Source: an uncultured virus (IMG/VR IMGVR_UViG_3300037294_000661)
Taxonomy: Duplodnaviria; Heunggongvirae; Uroviricota; Caudoviricetes
DNA: 64,000 bases
Direction: 5' to 3' (one strand)
Virus record (IMG/VR): IMGVR_UViG_3300037294_000661
The translations under genes were made by a program, and so were the position numbers. Below the pieces are notes generated by a model. That model saw only the letters and a list, made by a program, of their open reading frames with translations. It was not told where the DNA came from and did no database searches. Below, piece by piece: positions 63,939 through 64,000 of the stretch. Position 1 is the stretch's first letter; every line of letters begins with the position of its first letter.

Positions 63939-64000
63939 TTGGGTCACTTCCTATATCGTCACCGCTGTCCAGAAGATAGCCGAAATACTACCCCCAAACC

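Larger units (their letters stand above)
37901..64000 (-). mobile_element. Lambda-like siphoviral prophage late region (continues beyond the window)
   Basis: Colinear cos, terminase, gpW, portal, S49 protease, decoration protein, capsid, tail, tape measure and lysis genes. Confidence 0.95.

Noticed and set aside
37901..64000. Diversity-generating retroelement or tail-fibre invertase
   Set aside because: No reverse transcriptase, TR/VR pair or invertase seen.

Overview
GC-rich proteobacterial window made almost entirely of mobile DNA. It appears to be a same-orientation tandem array of related elements. (A) 1-~7.7 kb: regulatory and integration end of a prophage-like element (IS66-interrupted gene, AlpA-like HTH, two unknown genes, ImmA/IrrE + XRE, DUF2924 + large serine recombinase module). 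(B) ~7.7-23.6 kb: a capsid-less, satellite-like element with defence cargo (deleted type I hsdR / OLD-like ATPase remnant, RhuM, primase-domain SF2 helicase), a lambda-type cos site nearly identical to the neighbouring prophage's, ParDE, an iteron-like ori, a Toprim-AAA primase/helicase and its own serine recombinase module. (C) 23.6-25.4 kb: a PrlF-YhaV + double-HTH cassette between 30-bp direct repeats that resemble a tmRNA 3' end. (D) 25.4 kb to beyond 64 kb: a lambda-like siphoviral prophage (cos, ParB-methylases, terminase, head, tail, lysis). Its cargo is one tightly packed 8-gene operon: HTH, DUF499-like ATPase, PglZ-like phosphodiesterase, DUF1156-like methylase, small unknown gene, SNF2 helicase, CD-NTase and a multi-TM effector, i.e. 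a BREX/restriction-like system joined to a minimal CBASS. A bipartite motif CTTGGCTT-N10-CAGCGCGTTCAT occurs six times across elements A, B and D, each 30-37 bp upstream of a start codon. Domain names come from motif recognition by eye; no searches were run.
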